From: Desulfobacterales bacterium
GTDB taxonomy: Bacteria > Desulfobacterota > DSM-4660 > Desulfatiglandales > Desulfatiglandaceae
Direction: 5' to 3'
DNA: 62,176 bases
Assembly: GCA_014382905.1 (NCBI GenBank)
Contig: JACNIU010000151.1
Span: forward strand, 1 to 62,176
The notes below the pieces were generated by a model that ran no database searches, was not told where the DNA came from, and worked only from the letters and a program-made list of their open reading frames with translations. Below, piece after piece: positions 52,443 to 61,979 of the stretch. Each line of letters starts with the position of its first letter. The first letter of the stretch is position 1. A program made the position numbers and the translations under genes.

Positions 52443-54995
52443 ATGAAGGCTAAAATTAAGTTTGGTGTTGTTCCCAACCTGCCACCACAGTTGGAAGGGC
52501 TTAGACGTCTGGCTTATAATGTCTGTTTCAGCTGGAAAAGTGATATCCGGGATCTTTTCCAACGCATAGATCCGGGACTCTGGGTAAAATGCAGATATAA
52601 TCCCGTGTTCATGTTAGGGTTGGTGAGCCAGGAACGTCTGGATGGATTGTCGGATGATCAGGGCTTTCTGGCCCAGTTGGAGCGAGTAAATCAGGATTTT
52701 GAACGTTACCTCACCCAGCCCCGTATCCGGAAAACAGATTACGCTCCGGACTTCCCCCTCCAGGTAGCCTACTTTTCGGCAGAGTTTGGCTTAACAGGAT
52801 GTCTCCCCATTTATTCGGGAGGGTTGGGTATCCTGGCCGGAGATCACCTCAAGTCTGCCAGTGATTTAAACTTTCCCTTAGTGGGTGTGGGCCTCCTTTA
52901 CCAGGAAGGCTACTTCAGCCAGTACCTCAGCTCAGACGGCTGGCAAATGGAGACCTATCCGGTCAATGACTTCGCCAATATGCCGGTAGGGCTTGTACGC
53001 AACAAAGAGGGCAGTCCCGTTCATGTCTCTGTGGACCTCAAAGGGGAGCCGGTACAGATCCTGATCTGGCGGGTCAATGTGGGGAGGGTGCCCCTTTACC
53101 TGCTGGATACCAATCTCCAGGCCAATCCACCTCATCTGCGCGGGACCACCGGCCAGCTCTATGGCGGTGACCGGGAAATGCGCCTTAAACAGGAAATCGT
53201 CCTCGGCATCGGTGGCGTCAGGGCCCTCAAGGCCTTAGGTCTGGAGCCCGCGGTCATTCATATGAACGAAGGACACTCCGCATTTTCCGCCCTTGAACGA
53301 ATACGCATTCTGATAAAGGAAAATGGCCTGTCCTTTGACCAGGCCAGAGAGGTCGTCTTGGCCAGCACCGTCTTTACGACCCATACCCCGGTCCCGGCAG
53401 GGAACGATATGTTTGATCCCGGCCTGTTACGGGCCTACTTCGAGGAATACGCCAAGGACCTGGGCATCAATTTCAAAGTGTTGTTAGGTTATGGCCGCTT
53501 AGAGCCCAGGGACGAGGCCGAAGCCTTTGGAATGACGACCCTGGCATTGAGGCTTTCAGCGCACACCAATGGTGTCAGCAGACTCCATGGAAAGGTATCA
53601 AGGGCCATGTGGCAAAAGGTCTGGCGCCGGCATCCGGTTGAAGATGTGCCTATTGATCACATCACCAACGGTGTCCATGTACCCACCTGGATATCAGAAG
53701 AGATGGCCGCGCTCTTAGATAGTTATCTGGGCCCGGATTGGAGTGAAGACCCGGACAATGAGCGGGTATGGGGGCAGATAAAAGAGATTCCAGCAACCGA
53801 ACTGTGGCGCGCCCATGAACGCCGAAGGGAACACCTGGTGAGCTACACCCGCCGGCGTTTAGCCGAGCAACTCATAAACCGGGGGGCCTCTGACGCCGAT
53901 GTTAGCTCTGCGGCCGAGGTCCTCACCCCCGAGGCCCTCACCATAGGATTTGCCCGTCGTTTTGCTACATACAAGAGGGGAACGCTCCTTTTTAGAGATC
54001 CGGACCGCCTGGACCGGATCATCAATCATCCCGAGCACCCGGTACAGATCGTCATCGCAGGGAAGGCCCATCCACAGGATAATGAAGGGAAGGATTACAT
54101 AAAGAGGATTGTCCATTTAACCCGGCAGGAACGCTTCCGCAGGCGTATCATCTTCCTGGAAGACTACAACATCCCGGTGGCCCTTCGTCTGGTTTCAGGC
54201 AGCGACCTCTGGCTGAATACGCCGCGGCGCCCCCTGGAGGCCTGCGGAACAAGCGGCATGAAGGCCCTGGCCAACGGGAGCCTTAACCTCAGCGTATTAG
54301 ACGGCTGGTGGGATGAGGGGTATCACCGCGACTTTGGCTGGGCCATCGGTCACGGAGAAGTGTATCAGGATTATGAAGTCCAGGACAACATCGAAAGCCG
54401 CGACCTCTACAATTGCCTCGAAAAGGAAATCGTCCCTCTCTTTTACCAGCGGGGCCAGGACGATATCCCAAGGGGCTGGGTAGATAAGATGAGGGCCAGC
54501 CTCAAAAATCTGGTCCCCGTATTCAATTCCCATCGGATGGTCCAGGAGTATATGAATCGCTTTTATCTTCCCTGTGCCAGACGTTTCAACGCCCTGTGCA
54601 AAGATGGTTTTTCCGGAGCCAAGGACCTTTCCACCTGGCGGCAAAAACTGATGACCAGCTGGCACGAAGTCTCTGTGGAGGAGGTTGTCTCAGAAGACAG
54701 GCTGGATAGGGCGGTAGGTCAGGAGGTAAAGGTACTCGCCAGAGTCAGATTAGGTCCTCTGGCGCCTGAAGATGTGACTGTCGAGGCGTATTACGGTGGA
54801 ATGGACCAGAACGAGGACTTTGTTGAAAGGGAAACCGTCCCCTTGCGTCCTGTTGAGTCTAACGATGGTCTCCATACTTTTCGCGGTCAGATTCCGTGTC
54901 AAAAAACGGGCCGCTTCGGGTACACCGTGCGCATCATGCCCAGCCAGCAAAGGCTGGAAAACAGGTTTGTCATGGGTCTGGTGACCTGGGCGTAA
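52443..54995 (+). CDS. glgP: Alpha-glucan (glycogen/maltodextrin) phosphorylase, GT35
   Basis: 850 aa. GGLGILAGDHLKSASD and the PLP-lysine segment EACGTSGMKALANG. Confidence 0.9.
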   Translation: MKAKIKFGVVPNLPPQLEGLRRLAYNVCFSWKSDIRDLFQRIDPGLWVKCRYNPVFMLGLVSQERLDGLSDDQGFLAQLERVNQDFERYLTQPRIRKTDYAPDFPLQVAYFSAEFGLTGCLPIYSGGLGILAGDHLKSASDLNFPLVGVGLLYQEGYFSQYLSSDGWQMETYPVNDFANMPVGLVRNKEGSPVHVSVDLKGEPVQILIWRVNVGRVPLYLLDTNLQANPPHLRGTTGQLYGGDREMRLKQEIVLGIGGVRALKALGLEPAVIHMNEGHSAFSALERIRILIKENGLSFDQAREVVLASTVFTTHTPVPAGNDMFDPGLLRAYFEEYAKDLGINFKVLLGYGRLEPRDEAEAFGMTTLALRLSAHTNGVSRLHGKVSRAMWQKVWRRHPVEDVPIDHITNGVHVPTWISEEMAALLDSYLGPDWSEDPDNERVWGQIKEIPATELWRAHERRREHLVSYTRRRLAEQLINRGASDADVSSAAEVLTPEALTIGFARRFATYKRGTLLFRDPDRLDRIINHPEHPVQIVIAGKAHPQDNEGKDYIKRIVHLTRQERFRRRIIFLEDYNIPVALRLVSGSDLWLNTPRRPLEACGTSGMKALANGSLNLSVLDGWWDEGYHRDFGWAIGHGEVYQDYEVQDNIESRDLYNCLEKEIVPLFYQRGQDDIPRGWVDKMRASLKNLVPVFNSHRMVQEYMNRFYLPCARRFNALCKDGFSGAKDLSTWRQKLMTSWHEVSVEEVVSEDRLDRAVGQEVKVLARVRLGPLAPEDVTVEAYYGGMDQNEDFVERETVPLRPVESNDGLHTFRGQIPCQKTGRFGYTVRIMPSQQRLENRFVMGLVTWA

Positions 54996-55000
54996 CTCAA

Positions 55001-55029
55001 TTTTGGATTTTGGATTGCGGATTGAAGGA
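55001..55029 (+). repeat. Tandem heptamers TTTGGAT TTTGGAT TGCGGAT TGAAGGA directly after the glgP stop
   Basis: Read directly. Confidence 0.7.
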
Positions 55030-55176
55030 CAAAGAAAAAATTGAACCGCGAAGGCGCTAAGAGCGCGAAGGGAGATTTTTTTGTTGGTTTTGTTCTGATC
55101 CTTTAGGAAGGACTCAGGATGATAACACAACCAAGCCCTTCGGGCGGGGTTAGGATTGATGCCCCGGTTAAATGCG

Positions 55177-55205
55177 CCCCAGTACGATTTTTCGAACCTA
55201 CGGGG
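55177..55205. repeat. Diverged third copy of the CCCCAGTAC...CTACGGGG repeat core
   Basis: CCCCAGTACGATTTTTCGAACCTACGGGG versus CCCCAGTACCATCTTCCGGAGCTACGGGG. In both, the central segment contains a 6-nt palindrome (TTCGAA versus TCCGGA). Confidence 0.45.
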
Positions 55206-55280
55206 TAAACTGCGCTGTCTTTTGGTCCCAGTTAAACAAGAAAAGAAGGTTTAACGGGATAAAAATTGAACGGGGTAAAA

Positions 55281-55327
55281 TTGTTGATTGGATACTGGGT
55301 ATTGGCATTGATGATTGATGCTGGAGG
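55281..55327 (+). repeat. G/T-rich heptamer-periodic tract (TTGATTG GATACTG GGTATTG GCATTGA TGATTGA TGCTGGA)
   Basis: Read directly. A similar tract lies at 55391..55414, just before the glgB start. Confidence 0.65.
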
Positions 55328-55414
55328 CGTGAATCATCTGCGCTAATCTGCGTAACCTGCCCGCTCGTGCCTCGCAGTGGCAGGCGGGTCTGCGGATGGG
55401 ATTGAAGATTGAAG

Positions 55415-57646
55415 ATGACCGCAAAATCTCACATTACGTTAAGGCCTGAAGAACTGAAGGCCCTCCTTTCAGGTGAATTAGCGGACCCGTTTGGCATCCT
55501 CGGTGTCCATCCGTTTGCGCTGACGTCCGGCCCGGGCGTGGTCGTTCGGGCCTTCTTGCCGGGAGCAAGGCACGTAGCAATCCTCGATCTTGACCCGGAA
55601 AGAGAGATCAAGGCGCCTCTGGTAGAAAAGGAGGGGCTCTTTGAGGCAGTGCTGCGGGGAAAGAGAGAGATTGCCCCTTACCGTCTCAAAGTGGATTTCG
55701 GCGCAGGCCTCCCCGCTACTTTTTATGACTGTTATTCGTTTTCTCCTGTCCTGTCAGAGTATGACCTCTACCTGTTTAACCAGGGAAACCACTACGAGAT
55801 TTATGAAAAATTAGGGGCACACCCCATCAATCACCAGGGTGTTTCAGGGGTCCTGTTCGCACTCTGGGCACCATCTGCTGCCCGTGTGAGCGTAATAGGC
55901 GATTTCAACCAGTGGGATGGGCGCAGGCACGCTATGCGTTCCCGTGGCGCATCAGGGGTATGGGAACTTTTTATTCCCCACTTGGGCCCGGGCCTCCTGT
56001 ACAAATTCGAAATCCGAACACCTGACGGCACTCTCTTCATCAAAGCAGATCCCTTTGCCTTCTATTTTGAAAAGAGGCCCAAGACAGCATGTGTTGTCCG
56101 CGATTTAGGCGGATTTCAATGGACCGATGAAGATTGGGTAGCATCCCGGTCAGAGCAAAACCCCCTGAGTCAACCGATGGCCATTTATGAGGTTCACTTA
56201 GGGTCATGGCGGCGGCGTATTGAAGAAGAAAGCCACGCTCAAACGTGGCTGACATACAGGGAGGCCGCTGAAGAGCTTATCCCGTATGTCAAGGATATGG
56301 GCTTTAATTATATCCAGTTCCTACCCTTAGCCGAGCATCCATTTGACGGGTCATGGGGCTACCAGGTAACCGGGTACTATGCGGCCACGTCCCGCTACGG
56401 TACCCCGGATGACCTGATGTACTTGGTGGATCGTTGCCATGCTGAAGGGTTGGGCGTGATTTTAGACTGGGTCCCGGCCCACTTCCCCAAAGATAGCTAC
56501 GCCCTTGAATATTTTGACGGGACCCACCTGTACGAGCACGCCGACCCGCGCCAGGGGATCCAGAAGGACTGGGACACCCTTATTTTTAACTACGGCCGCA
56601 ATGAGGTCAGGAATTTCTTAGTGGCCAATGCCCTCTTCTGGCTCGACAAATTTCACATTGACGGGTTACGGGTAGACGCTGTTGCATCCATGCTCTATTT
56701 GGACTATTCCCGCCGCGAGGGGGAGTGGATCCCGAACCGTTACGGCGGGAGAGAAAACCTCGAGGCCGTCCAATTTATAAAGACCCTCAACACCGAGGTG
56801 TTCGGGCGCTTTCCCGGGGTTGTCACCATTGCGGAAGAATCCACCGCCTGGCCAGGGGTTACCCGGCCGGTGCATTTAGGAGGGCTTGGCTTCTTGTTCA
56901 AGTGGAATATGGGCTGGATGCACGACATGCTCACCTTCATGTCCGAAGACCCGATTCACCGCCGTTTTCACATGGACAAACTGACCTTTGCCCTCCTCTA
57001 CGCCTTTCATGAGAATTTCATTCTTCCGCTGTCCCACGACGAGGTCGTCCATGGGAAAGCATCTTTGTTGTCCAAGATGCCGGGGGACGACTGGCAGAAA
57101 TTCGCCAACCTCCGCCTCCTTTTCGGATATATGTATGGAGAGCCGGGGAAAAAAACCCTCTTTATGGGCGGGGAGTTCGGCCAGTGGTCTGAATGGAATC
57201 ACGATCAGCAGCTCGAGTGGGACCTTCTCCAGCATGAAACACACTTGGGGCTTCAACGGCTGATACGGGATCTCAACCGGCTGTATCTCTCCGAACCGGC
57301 CTTTTACGAACTCGATTTTGACCCGAAAGGATTTGAATGGATCGATTTCAGGGACACGGATGCGAATGTGGTTTCGTTCATCCGAAGGGGCAGATCCCCC
57401 GATCATACCCTTGTTTTTGTCTTCAATTTCACGCCGGTCCCGCGGATCGATTATCGCATAGGGGTGCCAAAGGAAGGGTTCTATCAGGAGTTGATAAATT
57501 CCGATGCTGAATGCTACGGAGGAAGCAACATAGGGCTTAAAGGTGGCGCCACCGCCGACCTCAAACCCTGGCACAATCAACCCTGTTCCGTCAGCCTTTA
57601 CCTGCCCCCTCTTGGGATGATCATCCTAAAGCCCACAGCGGCGTAA
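55415..57646 (+). CDS. glgB: 1,4-alpha-glucan branching enzyme
   Basis: GH13 motifs DWVPAHF, GLRVDAVASMLY, IAEEST and SHDEVVHGK. The track start 55409 is TTG; the ATG is at 55415. Confidence 0.92.
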   Translation: MTAKSHITLRPEELKALLSGELADPFGILGVHPFALTSGPGVVVRAFLPGARHVAILDLDPEREIKAPLVEKEGLFEAVLRGKREIAPYRLKVDFGAGLPATFYDCYSFSPVLSEYDLYLFNQGNHYEIYEKLGAHPINHQGVSGVLFALWAPSAARVSVIGDFNQWDGRRHAMRSRGASGVWELFIPHLGPGLLYKFEIRTPDGTLFIKADPFAFYFEKRPKTACVVRDLGGFQWTDEDWVASRSEQNPLSQPMAIYEVHLGSWRRRIEEESHAQTWLTYREAAEELIPYVKDMGFNYIQFLPLAEHPFDGSWGYQVTGYYAATSRYGTPDDLMYLVDRCHAEGLGVILDWVPAHFPKDSYALEYFDGTHLYEHADPRQGIQKDWDTLIFNYGRNEVRNFLVANALFWLDKFHIDGLRVDAVASMLYLDYSRREGEWIPNRYGGRENLEAVQFIKTLNTEVFGRFPGVVTIAEESTAWPGVTRPVHLGGLGFLFKWNMGWMHDMLTFMSEDPIHRRFHMDKLTFALLYAFHENFILPLSHDEVVHGKASLLSKMPGDDWQKFANLRLLFGYMYGEPGKKTLFMGGEFGQWSEWNHDQQLEWDLLQHETHLGLQRLIRDLNRLYLSEPAFYELDFDPKGFEWIDFRDTDANVVSFIRRGRSPDHTLVFVFNFTPVPRIDYRIGVPKEGFYQELINSDAECYGGSNIGLKGGATADLKPWHNQPCSVSLYLPPLGMIILKPTAA

Positions 57647-57722
57647 GCGCTTTTCTCGGCTTTACCACTCACCGGTACCGGATTTCCCTTCGATATTCTC
57701 CAGTTCGGCATTCGCCTTCTTT

Positions 57723-59225
57723 TCACGCCCTCCCGTATGTCCGGGTCATTCCCGACAATTTGCGTTCAATGTCAGGCGCGATCTGCTCAGATAAGAGCCG
57801 CCATCTCCAGTTCCCGGAAGTCGTGGCCGGCTGGTTCATCCTGGCATCCTCACCCAAGCCCAGGATGTCCTGCATCGGAATAATTGCAATATCTGCAACA
57901 GACATCATGGCAAGCCTGATGATTTCCCAATGGATCTCATTAACCGGTTCTTCCCGATACAGATACCGAAAGATCCTCTCTCTCTCCTTGGGGGATATTT
58001 CATTTCGAAACCATCCTATCAATGTGTTGTTATCGTGAGTCCCGGTATAGGCAATACAGTTTTTAGGATAGGTGTGAGGCAGAAACGGGTGCATGGGGTC
58101 GTCATCGCCAAAGGCAAAGAGGAGCACCTTCATGCCCGGAAATCGAAAATGCGCCATGACCTCCCTGACATCATCGGTGATGTACCCGAGGTCTTCTGCA
58201 ATTACCGGAAAATGGGGCAAGTGTTTGATCATCGTGTCGAAAAAATCATGCGTTGGGACCTCTTTCCACTCCCCATTCATCGCCGTTTCTTCATACGCCT
58301 GGACCTCCCAGTACTTCACCAGCCCCCTGAAATGGTCGATTCGAACCATATCAAAGCAATCAAAGGTATGCGCCATCCGCCTGATCCACCATTCATACCC
58401 GGTTTCCTTCAGTATATCCCATCTGTAGACCGGGTTGCTCCACAACTGGCCGGTCTCACTGAAATAGTCGGGCGGGACACCGGAAACAGCATACGGGGCC
58501 CTTTCCCTGTCCAATTTGAAGATATGGGGATTGACCCAGACGTCGGCGCTGTCGTAACTCACATATATGGGAAGGTCCCCGACGATCTTTATACCTTTCT
58601 GGTTGCAGTAGGATTTGAGTGAAAACCACTGTTTGAAAAGGAGATATTGGAAGAATTTCTCTTTCTCCACACTTTCTTCCAAATCCTCCCTCGCCTTTTT
58701 TAGTGCCTCCGGTCGCCTGTCCCTCAGGGCTTCGGGCCACTTGTTCCAGACGTCCCCGTTGAATGCGGTCTTGAGGGCCGTGAAAAGCGCGAAATCGTCC
58801 AACCATCCGGAATGTGCAATACAAAATTTTTCGTATGCCTCATCATCGAGGCCTTTCCTGAATTGCCGGTAGGCCTTTTCAAGGAGGTTCCCCTTATATG
58901 CGACAACGCCGTCGTAATCGATCCTTTCCGGGATAAACTCCGGCAATCCCTCCATCTCTGTCGCAGATATAAGCCCGTCATCCAGCAGGTCGTCGATGCT
59001 GATAAAGAGAGGGCTCATGGCAAACGTTGAGCTGCTGAAATAAGGGGAATTGCCGCACATGGGATCGGTGGGGTTCATCGGCAGGATCTGCCAGAAGGTC
59101 TGCCGTGTCCGAACCATAAAATCCGCAAACCTGTACGCCGCAGGACCAAAATCCCCTATCCCGTGGGCAGACGGCAACGAGGTTATATGAAGCAAAATGC
59201 CGCTTCCTCTTGTTGTCGTTTCCAT
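57723..59225 (-). CDS. malQ: 4-alpha-glucanotransferase (amylomaltase, GH77)
   Basis: RGSGILLHITSLPS..., IKIVGDLPIYV, VRIDHFRG and YTGTHDN are typical of MalQ. Confidence 0.9.
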   Translation of the reverse strand: METTTRGSGILLHITSLPSAHGIGDFGPAAYRFADFMVRTRQTFWQILPMNPTDPMCGNSPYFSSSTFAMSPLFISIDDLLDDGLISATEMEGLPEFIPERIDYDGVVAYKGNLLEKAYRQFRKGLDDEAYEKFCIAHSGWLDDFALFTALKTAFNGDVWNKWPEALRDRRPEALKKAREDLEESVEKEKFFQYLLFKQWFSLKSYCNQKGIKIVGDLPIYVSYDSADVWVNPHIFKLDRERAPYAVSGVPPDYFSETGQLWSNPVYRWDILKETGYEWWIRRMAHTFDCFDMVRIDHFRGLVKYWEVQAYEETAMNGEWKEVPTHDFFDTMIKHLPHFPVIAEDLGYITDDVREVMAHFRFPGMKVLLFAFGDDDPMHPFLPHTYPKNCIAYTGTHDNNTLIGWFRNEISPKERERIFRYLYREEPVNEIHWEIIRLAMMSVADIAIIPMQDILGLGEDARMNQPATTSGNWRWRLLSEQIAPDIERKLSGMTRTYGRA

Positions 59226-59492
59226 CCTTGATTCCTTTTTTACTGGCTGCCCGGTTACAGCCCTACTTTTTTTTGACAGGATACACAGGATCTACCCCTG
59301 TCACCCGTCTACATGAGTCCACTCAGGAACCTGTCCGCAGAAAAGTGCCAGGCCAGGATGACAAACACCACTCCTTCAGACAGGTCGCTAAGGACAACTT
59401 TTTTCAAATATCTATCCTTAAGCATTAAAGCATTGTGCGTATTCAAAGGCAGGGGTCAAGAAGTTTTTTCTATCAGGCAAATAAATTCGCCA

Positions 59493-59518
59493 ATATTTTT
59501 GCTTGATAGCAAAAATAT
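59493..59518. repeat. Hairpin ATATTTTTGC-TTGATA-GCAAAAATAT
   Basis: Read directly, in the ORF-poor region upstream of malQ. Confidence 0.5.
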
Positions 59519-59589
59519 CACAGGTCCCCCATCGCTCATCATAGCCAGAACAAGACGATCGATCTGGACTCAATCAAACGGTCCTTTTG

Positions 59590-59608
59590 ATAGTGCGGAC
59601 CGCACTAT
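59590..59608. promoter_or_regulatory. Perfect palindrome ATAGTGCGG-A-CCGCACTAT; candidate protein-binding site
   Basis: Read directly. Confidence 0.3.
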
Positions 59609-59835
59609 TTGCAGTCAGACCTATGGCAATGGTATTGTGACGGATGCCACTACAGGGGGGCGTGGGGGACCTCCTGCTTCATGCCGGTTTTAACCGGCGC
59701 TTTCTGGGCGTCCCCCTTGGCCTACCCAGGATGATGGCCGATATCAGTGGTCGAATCATTTTTTCTCCTTTTGTTTGATGTTTCCGTATCTTGCATCAGA
59801 TTTTAGAAAGCAACAGATTTCAAATTGTTATCCAA

Positions 59836-60171
59836 CTACCTGACCGGAAATTGCGGTCTGTTGCCTCTGTCGTCGGGTCTCGCACCTATGTTTCTTTCCC
59901 CACTTCCAGAGGGTCTCCTTTGCAGAGGCTCGACCGTGGGATCCGTTTTGGGGGCCTTGTAACGATCCGGCGGCGCCTTTTTGGTGGGTGCCGGACCGGT
60001 CGGTCTTGACGGATCGGCGGGTGGTTTTGACGCACTCGGGGATTTCGGTAACGTATTTCTGTTTGTCTCAATTCTCTTTGAAGCCCCTGCAGGCGGTTTG
60101 GCTAACCCCGGGGATTCCAATTTCAGCCGCTCATTGCTGAGGTTGCGGACCTGTTTTCCACGTTGTTCAAT
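59836..60171 (-). other. In-frame continuation (111 sense codons, Pro/Lys/Arg-rich) downstream of the TAG stop of the YXWGXW-repeat gene
   Basis: Same frame as 60172..61329. After the TAG the translation reads IEQRGKQVRNLSNERLKLESPGLAKPPAG... Confidence 0.35.
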
Positions 60172-61329
60172 CTACGCGCGCTCATTTTTGCTCAACGGCT
60201 TGAATTTTGCCATACCCTCTCTGCTTTTTGTCACAGGAACAAAAGGTTCTTTAAAAGGGCGGTCCAAGGCCTTTGAGACCATTGGTTTCTGGTGGGGTTT
60301 CTTGGGATCGTAGAGGGTCCGCGGCGGTCTGGCCGCCTCATATTTGCGACGCCCTTGATACGTTGCATGCAGATTTTTTTCCCAATTGCGGTCGCGTCGA
60401 TGCTTCCAACGCTGATGAGCATAAATGGGATCGTAACCATGACGCCTCGCATGGGGTGAAAACCATGGAAATATGCCTCGTTGATAATACCTGGCGGCAT
60501 AATAGTCACCAAAATAATAGTGGTGATATCGTGGACGCAAGAAGAGACAGTCGGAAAAAACCCTCAGGTCGATCATAAACGATGGCATGAAATAGAAGCC
60601 AGGTCCCACGGTCACACCGATGCCGAAGAAAACCGGTGCAAACAGCACGCCTCGATTGGCGACAGCGACATCCCAGTAACCCCCGACAAAGATATAGCCC
60701 CGAGGTGACCACACGTAATGGGCGGGCACCCAGACCCAGTCCGGCCGCATGACCGCCCAATAACCGGGACGCCAGGCATACCGTCCATAGGACCATATCC
60801 AACAGCCGGGTATCCACGTATAATCCGCTGAGGGCGCAGTGACATTGGGACCCACTTCAACCGATTCGGGCGGCTCGGGCAGGTATGCCGTATCACTTTG
60901 GTTTTCGGGGGCCCAATAGCCTGAAATCCATTGAAAACCATCTTCAGCCCTGACCCAATACCCCGGGATCCATTGCCGATCCGGTGGAACAGCCCGCCAG
61001 ACTCCGCTGACCCAAATGAAATCGCTTCGGTCATCATCCCAGGCCCAGTAGCCTGGAATCCACTCCACGTCGCCCTCGGGTTTTTGCTCCGGGGGGATCT
61101 CGTTGATGGCATCCGGCGGCGCTTTTGGGACAACGATCCCTGCTTCAGGGTCGAACGAGACGGTTTCAGCAAATGCCTCGTGTATGGGTCCGTACGTGAG
61201 CACATCGACTCCTTTTTCAACACCAGGCGCGTCTTCCTGGGCGGCCACAGGCCGGAAGGAGCCAGGCCCCATTCCCAGCAACGCCAGGACCGCGAACATG
61301 CACATATGTCTGATCAATCGCGGATTCAT
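60172..61329 (-). CDS. Secreted YXWGXW-repeat protein
   Basis: RBS GGAGG and signal peptide MNPRLIRHMCMFAVLALLGMGPG...AAQE. About seven repeats of the type IPGYWAW / VSGVWRA / IPGYWVR / ISGYWAP / IPGCWIW / RPGYWAV / VGGYWDV. Basic C-terminal tail. Confidence 0.8.
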   Translation of the reverse strand: MNPRLIRHMCMFAVLALLGMGPGSFRPVAAQEDAPGVEKGVDVLTYGPIHEAFAETVSFDPEAGIVVPKAPPDAINEIPPEQKPEGDVEWIPGYWAWDDDRSDFIWVSGVWRAVPPDRQWIPGYWVRAEDGFQWISGYWAPENQSDTAYLPEPPESVEVGPNVTAPSADYTWIPGCWIWSYGRYAWRPGYWAVMRPDWVWVPAHYVWSPRGYIFVGGYWDVAVANRGVLFAPVFFGIGVTVGPGFYFMPSFMIDLRVFSDCLFLRPRYHHYYFGDYYAARYYQRGIFPWFSPHARRHGYDPIYAHQRWKHRRDRNWEKNLHATYQGRRKYEAARPPRTLYDPKKPHQKPMVSKALDRPFKEPFVPVTKSREGMAKFKPLSKNERA

Positions 61330-61643
61330 AGTGTTACCTCCTCTGTCTTTAGGTTCCTGTAGAAGATGACCCTCATTTCATGTGGAGCCTGCGGCTGACT
61401 TGCACCATGAGACATTCTCTGATTCATAGCACGTTGTTTTCCGCTGCTTCGTGGTGTGATGGCCATCCGTGACAACACCCTGCGCTCTATATCTTATATC
61501 GATTACTATAGAACTAAAGTTTCACCGTTTTTGAAGTCTTTCAGGCCTGGCCATCAAATTTCGCGATTTTTTTCACGAAGCATAAGAAATTAGCACGTAA
61601 TCTGAAATTTTGTTATAACCAATATACCCATAATCTCAATTAG

Positions 61644-61979
61644 TTAAATCACTTTTTGCTTAAATCCCATTCTTTTTCGTGATAGGATGTGTTCATAACT
61701 TTTAGACGTCCCATCGGAAAGGAGTAACGCGAAATGTATTCTCAGTCTGGTTGTCATGTATTGATACCCCGATAGGTGAACCATTGTTCTATCAGTGGTG
61801 CCTTTGCCGGTAGCTTGAGAGCCATCCCTACCGGCATCAGCCATTGCCAAATGATTATGTATCGAGTTGATAGCAACCGATTTATTCGCAATCAAAGCCT
61901 GGCCAACATGGCAGATAACACAGGTTCGCCAAAATGCCATTTGCTGTTTGGGGGTATCAACGATTTTCAACCCACCCAA
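61644..61979 (-). CDS. Hypothetical protein (doubtful; may be part of a degraded gene)
   Basis: ORF only, with a TTG start. Neighbouring minus-strand frames also carry open stretches interrupted by stops. Confidence 0.2.
   Translation of the reverse strand: MGGLKIVDTPKQQMAFWRTCVICHVGQALIANKSVAINSIHNHLAMADAGRDGSQATGKGTTDRTMVHLSGYQYMTTRLRIHFALLLSDGTSKSYEHILSRKRMGFKQKVI

Noticed and set aside
51104-59225. Glycogen cluster lacking glgA as an anomaly
   Set aside because: glgA is frequently encoded elsewhere. Its absence from a 62-kb window is not evidence of an unusual pathway.
60172-60174. Pyrrolysine decoding of the in-frame TAG in the YXWGXW-repeat gene
   Set aside because: There are no pyl genes or methylamine methyltransferase context in the window. 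The second in-frame stop in the window is TAA, not TAG. A nonsense mutation or chance is more parsimonious.
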